DNA of 60,631 nt, counting the filler, from Basidiobolus ranarum (Eukaryota): the NCBI GenBank assembly GCA_040143965.1. It is 10 parts of 10 records of this genome, joined end to end, with 100 filler letters (N's around TTAATTAATTAA, not from the genome) between each part and the next. Parts side by side here need not be neighbours in the genome. Positions count along the whole stretch, not along the records: positions 12,180 to 18,164 come from JASJQH010001446.1; positions 18,265 to 24,246 come from JASJQH010001447.1; 8 more parts are not named here. One strand, given 5' to 3'. The notes below the pieces were generated by a model that did not search any database, was not told where the DNA came from, and worked only from the letters and a program-made list of their open reading frames with translations. The position numbers and the translations under genes were made by a program. Positions 12,180-24,346 of this stretch are shown in pieces. How positions within the stretch are numbered: position 1 is the first letter of the stretch; each line of letters starts with the position of its first letter.

Positions 12180-14752
12180 TAGGTAATTGAGATAATAATG
12201 GCGTATAATCCCCCTCGCTTTCACGAGGGGCCGGACTATATCATCATCCAAAGGGGGGGGCCAATTGTGCCCCCGGCTGTGCAACCCGATATATAAATTT
12301 CTTTGGTGAGGCCCCATTTTTGTTCTGACCAGTAACTAAGCCAGAGATCATTTCCAACACGAGTAACTTGGGTTAAAATGAGTAATGCCATAATCATAGT
12401 AAGGCCAACGAGTCCACCACCGGCAGAGAAATATACCATATAAATCTTTCCGTTGACAGCACCAGTAGAGCGTTCCTCGGTTGTCATGAGACCAGGAGTG
12501 CGGCCAGGAGCTATAGTGTTTGAAGTCACAGCAGCAGCTTTAGGGATAACTTCTGCTTCAGTGCTAAGTTGTGGATTCTCATCTGTAATGGTATTACTGG
12601 AAGATTTGTCATTATCCTCTTCTACACTCTCTTCCTCAATACCACCGTATTCATGGAGTAGCTTGGCAAATGAACTGTTGCTGTTCATAAGCTCTTGGTA
12701 TGTACCTTGTTCGGTTATTCTACCCTCGTTCAAGTATAGAACATAATCACAATGGCGAATATAGTGTAATTGATGGGTAACGAGTAGTCGTGTTTTGCCA
12801 CTTAATTCACCCACTATACATTTATCAAACAAGTGTCTACCTACGTGCGCATCAACAGCAGACAAAGGATCATCCAATAAAACAATATCACTGTCGAATT
12901 AGACAGCACGAGCAATATTCAGACGTGGTTTCTGCCCACCAGACAAATTGATACCACGTTCACCGATCTCAGTGTCATCACCGCCAGGCAAAACCTCCAA
13001 GTCACGCTCCAAGGCACATACGTTAAGAACACGCCTGTATCTCTCCTCATCAAATGGTAGTCCAAAAATGATATTTTCTTTCAACGTGGCATTCTGAATC
13101 CATGCAGTTTGTGGACAATAACCAACTCGTCCTCCAAATGTGATACTGCCATCCACCAAACGCATTTCACCGACAAGCGCATTCAGTAACGAACTTTTAC
13201 CACTTCCGACAGAACCAACTACTGCGACTAGCTTTCCTTTGGGAATGGTGAAATTGATATCACGTAGGAATGGCATAGTTTCTTCTTGTGGTTCGCTTGA
13301 TTTGCTACCCTCCACAGTCGAGTTTTCTACAGTTACGGCTTCTTCATTATTGTCTGCTTGTTTCACTTCACTTTTAACTGTCTTGGACTTCATCATTTTC
13401 TTATTCTTCTTTTCTTCCTTGATTCTCTTTTTCTTCATTTTGGCATCTTCTTCTTCTGGTGGGGGAGCTTCCCACATAAACTTTCCGTTTTCCACACGAA
13501 TGCCGAAATCGGCACTTTGTTCAATAGGAGGAAGAGTGTCTAACTCTGGAGCGAGTAACAATTCTTGGATACGGCCGAGTGAGACCTTCGCATCAACAGT
13601 AAATCCAATGATTGCTGGGAAAAGCATTAAAGGTAACCGTAGTACGTTGAAAAGAGCGACGGAAGCGAATACGACACCGGGGTTCAAGTCGTGGTCGGTC
13701 AGATAGTATACCACAAAGGATAAAATACTAGCAAATACTGGGATCACTAAAGCGGTAGAAAATATGAGCGCACGGATGATGAGCAATTTCTGGACATTGC
13801 TGAGTTCTTGGTTACGAAGTTCAGCCAACTTTTGACTGAAACTTTCTTCCCAAGCAAAGAATTTAATAACTTTAACTCCTTGAAGAACTTCTTGAGTTAT
13901 TTTGACTCTTTGATCGGTTACGGCGGCGGCTCTTCTTCTAAAGATAGCAAGTTTTCGCATGATTGTTCCCTGTAGAGGGCCAAAGAGAACAAGGACGGCA
14001 AAGCCAGCTAGAGCTGAAGGACCCAAAGTATCAATCAAAAGACCAAGAGCAACTACCAATTGCAAAGGACTTAGCCAAAGCATTTGTAGGTATCCACATG
14101 TCATATCAATACGAGAAGTATCAGTTGACATGATGTTGGTTACTTTTCCGGCAGAGAAACTCTGTCTAGCTTTACCGGAGAGAACCATCGATTTTTTGTA
14201 AATATTGGTGATCAGAGCAGACCGAATGGCGAATCCAGTAGTCATGGTTATGTGAAAATAAGCGTGTGTGCATAGTGTACCAAAGATTTGAATTAATAGT
14301 AAACCAACTGCAAGTCCAAATCCATAACCCAGACCATGAACTTCATTATGACGAGCGGATTCACTAACGTAGTTTGTGATTGCACGAACAAATAATGGAG
14401 ACACAGTTTGAGCCATATCGCCTAAAAATTTGAGGAAACCGGCTGACCAAAAACGCCTTCCAAAAGTAACGTGAAGGGCATGAAATAATGAAGCCTTTGG
14501 CCTTTGGAACTCGCCTTTCCAAGCATTTCCAAATCTGACCGACAAATTATGTGAACTATATGTTTCGCCTAAATCATAAAGATCTTCTTTTTCCAAAGGT
14601 CTTTTATAACCTTTGAACATGAGAGAATTTAGCCACCAAAACACAATATGAGAAAAAATGTTTGCATTTTCCTCTGGGTTTATGGGTAACGAATCCTCTT
14701 CGGGTTTAGGGTCTTTTTCGTTAAAGACCTTTGTTTCCGTTTTTCCTGACAT
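12180..14752 (-). CDS. ABCC/MRP (Yor1-like) ABC transporter, N-terminal part; in-frame TAA at 12899-12901; truncated by the contig edge
   Basis: TMD1, Walker A GSVGSGKSS, signature LSGGQK, then ARAV*FDSDIVLLDDPLSAVDAHVG continuing in the same frame (ORF 12236-12877). The sequence degrades near 12180-12300. Confidence 0.92.
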
Positions 14753-15599
14753 AGGTGCAATATGTCGAAAGAAAGCGTAATGTTAATTGCAAAATTCTTA
14801 TGTCACCAAGTTGAAAGGAGTAGTGCGCACTTTCAAGGGAAACTAAATGCTAGAGTGGGGTACTACTAAAGGGAATCTAGTAGTGGTCAATGAGATATGA
14901 CAAATATGAAAGCTATAATCGATTTGCTCCCTCAACAAGCTTAAATAAAGTTACTGTAATTGGGAAATCTGAGATCCCCGAGCTGCCTTACTAATTCAAA
15001 TACTTCACCGCAAGTCTATCAAGACCCCAAGTATTTGTCATCCTTGACCAAACCAGTTAATGTGAAGCTAATTGTTAATTTACCTTTTCATACAAAAACC
15101 TTCATCACTAGAGTAGCTAAATTAATTTGCGAATTTTCTCCTAGAGGTGATACTGTTGCCAAAAAAGGGAATTTCGTCTTGGATGTTGATGAGTTAGAAA
15201 GCCCCACCTGATAAGTTCCTGATGAGAAAACAATCAAGAACTATCCATTAAGTGTTGCTGTCTTACCAGATTTTGGGATGAGGTTCGCACAATAACACCT
15301 ACAACAGCATCTACTGATCCAACTTAAACCTTCTTTGCATTTCCCGATCTGCATTATGGTTGTATTTCCTAATCCAGCAAATGAACCACAAGGATGTTTC
15401 ACACCCGGCAAAACGGATGAATATCTCCATTCACCCTTTGCTTACCAGCCAATAAAAGAGTTGCTGGAGAAAATCCACCGTAATTTAACCGCCGATACCT
15501 GAAGATCCTGTGATCATCTTCTAGTGAGTGTTTCGATCTGAGGACGCAATTTCTAATCTAAGTCACGCGTATGGCGAACAAGCTCACTTATTTTGTCAG

Positions 15600-16090
15600 A
15601 TGCTGATTAGCCACAGCGGATACTGCGCAAGGAGTGTACTACTGGAATATTCCCGAACGTCTTCCCAGGATAATCCACCAACGTATTCTTGAGTTTGAGC
15701 AGCAGTGAGATGGCCACTTGATAGCAGGTGCATACGTCAAAGCTTGGATGTTTACAGAAATGAATGGCTGCAGCACCTGCTTGCAAGCTGTTTAGTGCTT
15801 CTTTTACTGCTAGTTCCTGGGAAGCTGTAGAGAGCACCAGCCCTGGTTGAGTCCATATAGACCATGGTTACAACAAAACAAAGGTATTTGGTTTCACAGA
15901 CTTCGCTTGCTTAGCTAATCTTGCTGAGCACTTGTCTAATGGTCTGACGTAGGTCCAGGCAACAATTTGATTTGGGCCAAGATCATTTAATTTGGAAGCT
16001 GGACTCGATTGGTTGCTGCCAGCAAATATCTCAGGTGTGATCAGCTCTGGATTTATTCCACAATATTCATTTGTATCCAGTACAATTTTC
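15600..16090 (-). mobile_element. Possible decayed non-LTR reverse transcriptase remnant
   Basis: One frame with a single stop gives YVRPL (cf. YRPI), LQAG (cf. QxGF) and VDYPGKTFGNI (cf. DxxKAFDxV) in RT order. Confidence 0.3.
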
Positions 16091-17418
16091 AATTTCGAAT
16101 AGATAGTTAATTAACTATGTTCATGTGTTAGGCTCGCTAGCAATTAATATGCAACACATTGTCGACTGAACGCTCCAGGTTCAGTGAAAAGAATATCCGG
16201 ACTAATTCAGTTGGGTGACATGGTATTGCGTGCTAGAAAACCGTTGCGGATTCAGTGATACAAGGAACAGTTCATAGCACTTAGTCACAATACAACGAAA
16301 CAAGGGGGTGCCAATTCTATTCTTTGGATTAAGTGCCAGATGTAAGCACTTTAGTTTGCTACATCGAATCCTCCATATTATCAAAACTTGATATTAGAAA
16401 TCTCGTCACTCTACTAGTGTTGCTCAGAAATAGGAGCGACAATAGTGATGATCTGAAGCTACAAGGCAATGGCTATCTGGTTGATAGTAACTCGCCTGTC
16501 ATCAGTAAAAGTCCAATGGTGTTGTTGGATGCTTTAACGGTAGGCCTTACAGGCTGCATAGCTATGGTTGGTGATGTAGGTTAGTAAAGCTATAGTAGAA
16601 ACAGGAAGTAGCATTACTGCCATTGCAGGAATATTGCGGAATCTGACTTCACATGAGAGCTCCTTGCGCTTATTTAATCTATTTCCATCAAATGGTATAT
16701 GCTACAAAATAAGAGTCAGCATAAGTTCTAGAAGCGTCAGTGTTTGTTGCTGCTTTTGTGTGCAATCTCCTAGTTTACTATCGACCATCTCCTGAAATCT
16801 ATCAACTCTTCGCATAGCAAAACTCATATACAATATTCCTCATTTTATCATCGTGTATGTCGTGAAGTGAGATCTGTACAATTCTGCTTACGTGATTACT
16901 TGTTTGTAAACTCGGTTCCTTTGCTACATGAGTTCACATTGGTTTTAGCCACTATCAACTGAAATACGTTTGTCTCAGCATGATCACTATTAGCTAGGTT
17001 TCACTCTTTTGAATACTTGATTGCTCTCCCAGGTGGCTCTGACAACCTGCATATCCAATATATCGAGTCGATCAATAAAGAGATTCTGTCCTTTTGTTGT
17101 GAAGCGAGCATAATTACTGATTCTCCGCAACTTATGATCAAAGACTTGGTCAATATCAGCGGAGCTTAAATGGTGTTATTCGAGTGTCCATTTTACATCT
17201 AGTTAGTCATCCAATTAATGAACTGCACTTAGGACTAGGGGAGGTAATACCAAGTTGTGTAATTGTAGGGTTAGGGCTAGATATATTCTAAATGTAAACT
17301 ATGAGACATTTCGGTTAATAATTTCCTATTTGATTCTAGTATAAGAGAATCAAACTCTTCCTTAATAGAGAGTAAGGGGTGGGAAAGGTATTGAGTATAT
17401 TGGCATCAAGCTGGGATA

Positions 17419-17727
17419 TGTCCAAGTATTTTTGGGAGTTTGTTGCAAGTAGTTGGACGAACAAAGAATTGTAGGTTTCCACTCATTGATTTATTGAGTA
17501 CAGAGTTGACATTTATAATTTCATCAAAAGGCAAGCGAGCAAACATATAAAATGTGTCAAGGAAGGTCCCAGTGACTTGTGTACAGAGTTTCAGGTTTCT
17601 AGGACATAAACATAAACCAAGTAAATTCCTCCTGAGAATAGGGAACAATATCTTAATGGAATGTGTAATAACTAAATACTAGACTCTATATGACTATATG
17701 GATGTTTATACTATGTTAATCTCAACA
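17419..17727 (-). mobile_element. Older, internally deleted copy of LTR family A
   Basis: Shares attgatttattgag, gttgacatttata, aaggtccca and ctatatgactata blocks. Ends in CTCAACA and is followed by aatagtcatata, the same internal flank seen at 5981-5992. Confidence 0.8.
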
Positions 17728-17788
17728 AAATAGTCATATAAACAAATCCAAAGAAAGGTGTAAATCTCTCAAATGTCTGCCTACCTAA

Positions 17789-18145
17789 TGTTAAAGTATT
17801 TGGGAGCCTGTTGGAAGTGGCTTGGAGAATCAGCAAAATCTGTGGTTTTCACTTATTGATTTATTGAGTTGAAAGTTGACATTTATACTTTTATCAAGAT
17901 ATAAGCAAACTAATATGGTGAATATATTAAGGTAGGTCCCAGAAACATGTGTGCAAAGTTTGGGGCTTCTAGCAAAAGTTTGAAAAATCTGTATATCTGA
18001 GAACTTCTAAGTGGGTAAAAATATTCTAAGTACACTCCAATTGAGAATGATTGATAGTATCTTAGTGAGTTATAAGATAACTAAGTACTAAGTTATATAT
18101 GACTATATAGGTGTTTATGCAATGCTAATTTCAACACTCTCCCTC
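17789..18145 (-). mobile_element. Copia LTR family A (17789-18136, 348 bp) plus PPT; 3' LTR broken by the contig end
   Basis: TGTTAAAG...TTTCAACA followed by ctctccctc (PPT on the minus strand). Confidence 0.9.
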
Positions 18146-19005
18146 AACTAAATAGTTATATAAANNNNNNNNNNNNNNNNNNNNNNNNNNNNNNNNNNNN
18201 NNNNNNNNTTAATTAATTAANNNNNNNNNNNNNNNNNNNNNNNNNNNNNNNNNNNNNNNNNNNNAGAGCATTTTCGAGATGGTTATTTATTATGGCATTA
18301 AGAAAGTATTCAAGCAGATCATCGATTTGAAACAACAGGAAACATAGTTGTTGAGTCTGAGTTGCCCATAGTCATTTGATTCGATGAAATACGATATTTG
18401 CTTTACTCTAAATTATGGTTACATCGTTTTTTCGCAACTCTATACCGAACATTGCGTTCACGCTTGGTTGTCCCGGTTGGAGAGATGTGCCAATCCTGGA
18501 TGCAGGCCAACGCTCATAAAATTCCAAGTAAAATAGTTAAAAGTGGCTTCATTATATCGAATTTCCACGAACATGCGTTGTCCCAATGGTAACCAGCAAT
18601 CACATTGAGAGGTTTCAATGTTATCAATCCAATAAACTGGAAGCTTACTACCACGAAGGCTCCTAGCAACTCAAGTGTCATAGCTAGGCATTCAAGTTTC
18701 ACCGTCTTTCTTTGCATCAAGGGCTCTTCAGATAATACCTACATAAATGTGAAATCATCGAGAGTTTCTTGACTTTCAACACATGAGTAGATTTGACAGT
18801 CATACAGAAAGTCATCGCGAATCTGGTTGGGTGACGCACAAAAATGAGTGGCTTGCTGATTAATGAAGGGGTTGCCATCATCATTAAATATTATAGTTTA
18901 ATGTGGCAATTTATCAAGGGCCCCAAATATGAGGGTTTTGATTGACTGCCTTTAAATCCTGCGTTTTATCACATTGCTCTATTACCTTATCTTTTTCCTA
19001 ACATT

Positions 19006-20273
19006 ATGCCAAGCAAACTTGTATGCGTTACTGGAGGCACCGGCTATTTGGCTAGGTGCATAATTTCATCTCTTAATGACTGTATCTATACATGTTGAAA
19101 TTCGATACTGACATGTACTTTCCTTTTTAGTAAACTTATTGAAACTTTACTTGAGAAAGGCTACCGAGTGCGTACTACCGTCCGTTCTCTTAACAACCAT
19201 AGTAAGATCGCGTCATTACAGGCGTTGACATCCAAGGGAGATCTCTCCCTCTTTGAAGCTGATCTTTTGTCGAAAGGAAGCTTCAAAGAGGCTATTGATG
19301 GTAGGCTACTATATTTTTCTCGAGCCTTCATAGTCAAACAGTCGGTTTCTAACAAAGTACAATAGGTTGTGAATGTGTCTTTCATACAGCGTCACCAGTG
19401 ATAACTCGTAAATTGGATGACCCCCAAAAGCAGTTAATTGAACCAGCTATCGAAGGAACTCGCAATATCATTAACGAATCTATCAAAAGCGACAGTGTAA
19501 CCACAATAGTATTAACCAGTTCCGTAGCCGCTGTGAAAAACCAACAGAAACCGGAAGATTATGTATTTTCCGAGAAAGTATGTAACTGCTTAGATTAATG
19601 AGAGTAGAATTCAGAGTTTAACTTGTTGCCCTTGATAACTCTATGTAGGATTGGAATGATGAAAGTTCACAGGAAATTAGTCCATATGCACTTAGTAAAA
19701 CTCTAGCTGAAAAGGAAGCATGGAAATTAGTCGAAGGGTCCCGAGTTCGTTTGGTTGCTATAAACCCATCCTTTATCATCGGTAAATAGAAGACCTGTGC
19801 ACTGGGCCTATTTGAGATAGTGCTTATCCTGCCATTTGATATTTATAGGTCCCTCGGTCGGTGTGCATCCGGAATCAGAGAGTGTTACTCGGTTTATCAA
19901 TATACTTGATGGCAGCTACTCTGAAAGTGGCGCATCACCACCTGAATTTTGCACTGTTGACATCAAAGATGTTGTCAAAGCGCATATTCAAGCTTTTGAA
20001 AATCCCAAAGCATCAGGACGTTATATTATTTCAAGCGAGCAGTCAACTTCAGTATCAGACTGGACCAAAATCCTGACAAACGACCCAGAGTTTGCCGAAT
20101 ATCCATTACCCACCAGGTTTGCTGAAGGGAAATCCAGAAAACTCCGCCTTAATCCAGATAAAGCTAAAAAAGAATTGGGAATTCAATTAACTCCGCTAAA
20201 CGAATCTCTCATCGAAGTCGCTAAATTTTTGGCACAGTCGGGAGTAATTAAGAAATCCAGAGAGAGATTGTAA
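19006..20273 (+). CDS. NAD(P)-dependent epimerase/dehydratase, Gre2/dihydroflavonol-reductase-like extended SDR, multi-exon
   Basis: MPSKLVCVTGGTGYLAS, GYRVRTTVRS, VFHTASP, LIEPAIEGT, VLTSSVAA and YxxxK (PYALSKTLAEKEAW); about 4 GT-AG introns. Confidence 0.92.
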
Positions 20274-20699
20274 TAGGAAATAAAGCCTTCTTTATTCTTA
20301 TGTCTCCAAATTTTTACGAATAGTGTGTATTTAATGCATTTCATATTTTTGGTTGTAGTAAGTTCACGATGAGGTTGTGCACCCACGCACGACACGAGAA
20401 ATCATCGCCCCCAAGCCTGCCACTGTTCAATGAGTGGAGTATTTGACTAGATCGGTAGAAATTAAAAAAATAATTATTCTGAATTACTCTATAGATTTGC
20501 GTTTGCTTGTCAATAGACAATTTACCTATCTTTAGGAGGTCTGGTGGCCTTATTTTTGTGTGCTGCAAGGAATAGCTTCAAGAGCAATATTCCTTTCAGG
20601 GTCCTATATTCTGAGTTATCGTTGGTTCATAGGAAATCATTAAAATAGGTATAGTGCAAAAGCGTTCACAGTAGAGTCCCTCCTGCAGCCTTGGTTCTG

Positions 20700-21430
20700 T
20701 TACAGCATTGGGAGAACCACCTGTCGTTGGAAGGCTGATCTTCATTGGTTTGTTTTATATCGATCTCCTCAACGGAATTCAATATGATATCATTCTTGAG
20801 ATCTTACTGGGGCTCTTCATATTCATCAGATGCAGAATATGTACAGATTTCTGGGATCAGACTGCGGCCATCTCCATGGTTGTTATTCTCCTCTCTATCC
20901 ACATAGTTCTTTGGGGTTAGATGTTTGTCACCACAATCACGGTAGACAGAGTTGTCATCCTCGAGTTTATAATTGTCTCTATGATGATCTGTAGAATGAT
21001 AAGCATCATGTCCAACAGAGTCAATGGTGTGGTTAGCTTTGTTCCCATTGATGCCTACACACATTATCTTTATTCTTGATGTTGTATTGATGATTCTCTC
21101 TTGATATACAGAGATGGATTCCCAGATTTTATTTGAGATCATATCGTACTCGTTGATCAATCTGTCACAGTTCCATCCTATATCAACGATAGAGATTCTC
21201 CTTTCCACCAAGTGAAAAATGTCAGTTGCTATCGCTCTTGCCATAAACTCTATCTCAGCTTTAGAAGCATACTTTCACTATTCAAAACGTTTCCCAACTT
21301 TGAAGTTGTGCTCGGATGCAAGTACTTGTAGGATATTTGAAATGGCTTAGCTCTAATATATCTGATAAAGGCCTGGACTGCTGCAAACATCGGAATAGAT
21401 ATCGCAGCCAATCTGGCATATTGCGGGGCA
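20700..21430 (-). mobile_element. Decayed coding remnant, possibly a hAT transposase C-terminus (includes ORF 20804-21244)
   Basis: Upstream of the ORF, broken frames give YPTST / ASEHNF (cf. hAT dimerisation motif PxTSxxSERxFS), followed by an acidic tail. Weak evidence. Confidence 0.25.
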
Positions 21431-21819
21431 GAAGTAAATTATCACTTTCCACACAAATTTCTGTAAGAAAGCTAAACCAATTAGCCTATACCCCAAAAGC
21501 TCACTAAATCTGGAAAAATCTCATATGTATTAAAAATTCTGTTAACTATTTTTCATCAACCCGAGTCTACAAATAAGGTGAAAATGATGAGTGAAGCACC
21601 AATGGTCATGACCTCTCTGACCATCCTTGTCTGGTGAAGGTTAGCCAAGACACAGCCCGTCTCTCCTGATTAATAACTAGTATCAGATTGCTACATTATA
21701 TAAGTGTATATAAATTTCGCAGTTGTCACCTGACCGTCGTATTTGGGATGATCCGAGAAGCTTCGGATTAACAAGTACAGAATCATCGAAATGGGTGGTT
21801 GATCAGTTTATTCCTTGCT

Positions 21820-22560
21820 AAGATGACTCAAAGCCCAAGGAGGTCGCAACCAAACTCCACCTTTATCAACATGCTTTGAGATGTAAATTTCTTTGCGTGA
21901 ACTGCAGCCTTTCTCTGTCAACGCGCATTCTACGCTCGAGCTTGCAATCTGTTTTAAATAGCACTTGATCAGCAATTGTGGATCTACCCTTTTTGGATCA
22001 TTCGATCGTAGTATGTATTCAAGTTAACCAGACCAACTGTCTCAGGAAAATCATTCCATTAGTATGTCATCCGTGTAACGTGGACCATTCTGAAGGCAAA
22101 ACTATTTCCACAAATACATTGCGCCGTACAGTTTGAAGAAGCTGGTGACGAATTATAGAGCCTTTGATGTCATCATTGGGGAAGTTGCAACTTTCACGAA
22201 GCAAAAAGAAAATGACGAAAACTGCTTTCAAGCTCTTCTAGTATACTCTCGGGCCTCCGACGGATACAGATACGGATACCAATGCCTATGCTTTGATCTA
22301 CTAGTGTACTTTGAACTGGCCTACTCGGCCCAGATGAAGGTGTTTCGCGGGGCGGAAGGCACGGTGTTCTAGACTATGTAGTCCTCTATTGTTCGTGCTA
22401 CGACGACAATGAGGAGAAAATGGCACGTTGGTGATCTATGTAGGTTGAGAATAATACTCGATAGATAGCAGGTGATAATCAATGGACTGCACAGGCTGTA
22501 CACGCTGTCAGCTAAATATCCTGACAGACTAGGGAAATTCTTCCTTTTCGGGTTTATTCT
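21820..22560 (+). mobile_element. Possible decayed non-LTR reverse transcriptase remnant
   Basis: KAQGG (cf. KAPG), TNYRAF (cf. NYRPI) and DGYRYGYQC (cf. QxGFRxG) in RT order, with stops. Confidence 0.3.
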
Positions 22561-23011
22561 TCGATACATCTAAATCAAGCAATCATCGGTGTTACTTATT
22601 GGGTATTAGTTTAATTTAACTTAAAATTCTGCTGTTGATATCTATTGGTATTCTTATACTTGACTGGCCAATGTTCTTGGAAAGCAATCGTATTTCTGAT
22701 TTATATTCTAGGGAAGTGACTTGTGTAGCACACCATCAATTTGTTCATAAAAAATAGTAATGTCATCATGCAGATGTATCTCATGAGATGGATTTTATAT
22801 TAACTACTACATTATTCATCAATATTCATTTTAATTTACGTACACGCTTTAGCAGGTTTACCTTTCATTCCTTGCCCTTGGTACATTTTCTACAAAAATC
22901 ATTGTACCGTGTCTCCTCTTAGTATCTAAACCTCTTGCTCTTTCTAGTCCAGTATCTTTTACCTCCCTCAAGTTAGCCAAACTGGCTCAAAATATTTGCG
23001 ATTCTCGATCA

Positions 23012-24246
23012 GTGCTCTGCTCTATAGCAGAAGCACTGAAAAAGATTTTTCCAGCGCTGGGAAATGATATACCAGACGTACCTGGTAGCCCCAAAGTTGA
23101 AGCAAGCAGTACACCTGCATTAGAGACACAATTGTTGATTACAGCATGCTTTGGAGTCCCTCTTTTCTTGATTTTTTGTTTTCTACGACGAACGTGGCAC
23201 TCTATGTATACACCTAGGTCTAGACTTAGAAGGTACACCTTTCCAGCCTATATTGTAGCTTTGACTCTTGTATTAACTTTTATACTTTTAGAAATGCCCC
23301 TCCTCCAATGCCCAATTCTCTTTTCGGTTGGATCATACCAGTTTTGCGCTACCCTCAAAATGATATGCTCGAACGTGTTGGCTTAGATGCAGTTATGGTA
23401 AATGTTGAGAGTTTATATTTTCTCGGATCATGCACCATTCTCAACTGACTTCTCTCATTAAGCTTCTTAAATTCTTCAAAATGTCCATCCTGTTATTTGC
23501 TTCTTGTAGTGCTTTTGGTATCACTATTTTGTTGCCCATTAATTACACCAACGCCATCGACAGTAAACATGATAGTCTTCCGTTCTCTGCAGCCTTAACA
23601 AAGTTATCAATCCCCGAGGGGTCAAAAGTGTTTGCGGCGCATTCGGTGTTCACTTGGTTGTTTTCCTTATTGACCTTTTACTTTCTCTATCGAACATATG
23701 AACAATATATCTATCTTCGGTGGACATACCTAATTGGCGTATCCAAGTCTGTGGGAGGTAGATCAGTAATGGTAACGGCGATTCCAGAAAAACTAAGATC
23801 TAATGCCGCTTTACAAGAGTTCTTTGAAAAATTGAATGTTGGTGCGGTTGAGACTGCTCATATCTGTCCACATCTCCAGGAACTACCAAGGATTCTAGAA
23901 AAGCGTGCGGAATACCTTCGAAAGTTGGAAGATGCCTATGTAAGATATATCGGAAATCCTTGCAAGTTGGAGGGATTAGATCCTGACCTATTAGTGGATA
24001 CAACTTGGGATGCTGAAGGAAGCGCAGAGAACGTGAAATTAATTGAGAAGTTAAAGAGACCTTCGACAAAGACCGGATTTTTCGGATTGTTTGGTCGTAG
24101 AGTAGATATGATAGAGCATTACCACAAGCTGATGAAGAACTATGATTTTCTGGTTAGCAAAGCTAGATCTCTTAATTATCCGCCTACAACGGTGGGGTTC
24201 GTAACCTTTGTCAATCAGAACAGTGCGGTAAGTAAAAACTGATACG
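23012..24246 (+). CDS. CSC1/OSCA/TMEM63 (RSN1-like, DUF221) channel, 5' part; true start uncertain; truncated by the contig end
   Basis: FCFLRRTWHSMYTPRSRL, FFGWIIPVL, VGLDAVMLLKFFKM, ILLPINY, RSVMVTAIP and VGFVTF; introns about 23233-23290 and 23398-23462. Confidence 0.9.
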
Positions 24247-24346
24247 NNNNNNNNNNNNNNNNNNNNNNNNNNNNNNNNNNNNNNNNNNNNTTAATTAATT
24301 AANNNNNNNNNNNNNNNNNNNNNNNNNNNNNNNNNNNNNNNNNNNN

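Noticed and set aside
12899-12901. Stop-codon reassignment or programmed readthrough
   Set aside because: TAA and TGA end normal genes in this window; isolated stops are better explained by error or pseudogenisation.
13140-14201. Antisense ORFs over the ABC gene (likewise 3951-4172, 8452-8805, 30459-31194, 33191-33511, 56529-56849, 58179-58523, 60141-60495)
   Set aside because: Shadow frames of well-supported genes, with no independent motifs.
18400-18800. DDE-transposase-like words (WDNACS, PTGTT) on the minus strand
   Set aside because: Too short and ambiguous to support a call.
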